A stretch of 63,448 bases of DNA, the filler included, from Octopus bimaculoides (lineage: Eukaryota): NCBI RefSeq assembly GCF_001194135.2. It is 4 parts of 4 records of this genome, joined end to end, with 100 filler letters (N's around TTAATTAATTAA, not from the genome) between each part and the next. Parts side by side here need not be neighbours in the genome. Positions count along the whole stretch, not along the records: positions 60,293 to 63,448 come from NC_068989.1; 3 more parts are not named here. One strand, written 5' to 3'. The position numbers were made by a program, and so were the translations under genes. A model generated the notes under the pieces. The model had not been told where the DNA came from, did not search any database, and was given only the letters and a program-made list of their open reading frames with translations. Shown piece after piece: positions 62,345 through 63,448 of this stretch. Within the stretch, counting starts at the first letter, position 1; the number at the start of each line of letters is the position of its first letter.

Positions 62345-63395
62345 CGAGAAAAGATGAAAAAACACAGATTTGTTTTACAGGATTCAAGAATATTTTAGAG
62401 CCATGATAGTAAAGATATTATGCAATTTTGTACAAAATAAGGTTTTGTTCTTTCAACATAATCGAAGGACCGGTTTCGCATTGTTCATCAAACTGAGAGT
62501 TGAAAGAGATAAATTGCTAGGGAAGATAATTGTTCACTCATTTATTTTGCAGTAAGGGGGAGGTAAATCTAATTTTTTTTATTTTTGTTTTTTGTGTGTT
62601 CTCTGCTTTATTCTGGCTTACATCTTCCATTAGATGGGGTAAGTCCTTTATTTTAATATGGTTTCATATGTAATTCTGGTTTATATTTTTGGATAAATGA
62701 GGCTTCTTTATTCATCCTTAGTCGTGTTGAGGTCTGGATGGCAAGTTGATAAAATGGGAAAGTTTCGAATTGTGGTTGTAATCGTTCTGCACATTCGTCA
62801 ATGTGTTAACTGAAGTATATTTGGCGATGTTATAGTGGGGAGGAAATTTGTTGTCGCGGGACCGTACATCTCTTTCGGATCGAATTTCCTGTTCAGCCAA
62901 TATAATTTCGATGGCAGCCAGAACATCTGGTTACGTAAATGATATTTTGGGAGGCGTAAGTGAAGTTTGATTTGGTCTTCAATATTTGTCCTTGTCTGAA
63001 ATGGAATTCCGATCCTTCAAACAGATTGGGACATGTTCTGCAATTAGAACGACCACACTTTACGACGCTTGCGTCCATTGTTCTAGAGAATAGTTTTCTT
63101 CAATGTCTTCGCTGCTCTTAATGATTTTATGGTTACCTAGAATCTCCTTATGTACTATTGGAAGATTTGGGACGATAATAATGAATGCTTCTTTGTTTCT
63201 GTGGTTGTATGTGGAGATATAAATGGGGGCTTTGAGGTTAGATGTGTTGTGTTTGGCTTTTCTTAATGTTTTAATATTAATCGACTTTGCCCGTTTAATT
63301 CCTTAATTTATCTTTATCATGGCTCTAATATGCTCTTGAATCCTGTAAAACAAATCTTCTGTGTCTTTTCATCTTATCTCTTTCTCTATTTATAT
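62345..63395 (-). mobile_element. Penelope-like element fragment (GIY-YIG end) bounded by ~70-bp inverted repeats
   Basis: STYNHRN, VKCGRSNCRTCPNL, NIIYVTRCSGCHRNYIG*TGNSIRKRCTVPRQQI, FIQKYKPEL. 62345-62415 is the reverse complement of ~63310-63390. Confidence 0.75.
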
Positions 63396-63448
63396 TCATC
63401 ACGTGTGTTTCCCCACTGAAATGTTTTCTACATTATATATATATATAT

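Overview
AT-rich, repeat-dense animal genomic DNA with many assembly gaps. The SINE families, microsatellite density and gap style suggest a coleoid cephalopod, probably Octopus; this is an inference, not a search result. One well-supported protein-coding gene lies on the minus strand. Its three phase-compatible exons (46554-46327, 41121-40857, 39466-36897) give a ~1020-aa secreted protein with nine tandem, four-cysteine chitin-binding type-2 (CBM14/peritrophin-A)-like modules, all in one 2.57-kb exon. The ORF track only shows pieces of it. Two weaker orphan exon candidates sit on the plus strand near 7.9-8.2 kb and 11.3-11.5 kb. The rest is a layered transposon landscape. It includes four R4/Dong-like RLE retrotransposon pieces, each abutting (TAA)n, and two Penelope-like GIY-YIG fragments. 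It also holds a 3.2-kb RTE LINE nested inside a SINE, CR1/L2 and probable L1/Tx1 relics, DD37D-type mariner and pogo-like transposase relics, a Helitron 3' end, and many tRNA-head SINE copies. Notable non-coding structures are minimal hammerhead-ribozyme-like motifs, a ~146-bp spacerless intronic palindrome, a pre-miRNA-sized hairpin and inverted SINEs flanking exon 2. Three gap-embedded TTAATTAATTAA strings are assembly artefacts. Repeat boundaries are by-eye and approximate; exon boundaries were counted base by base.
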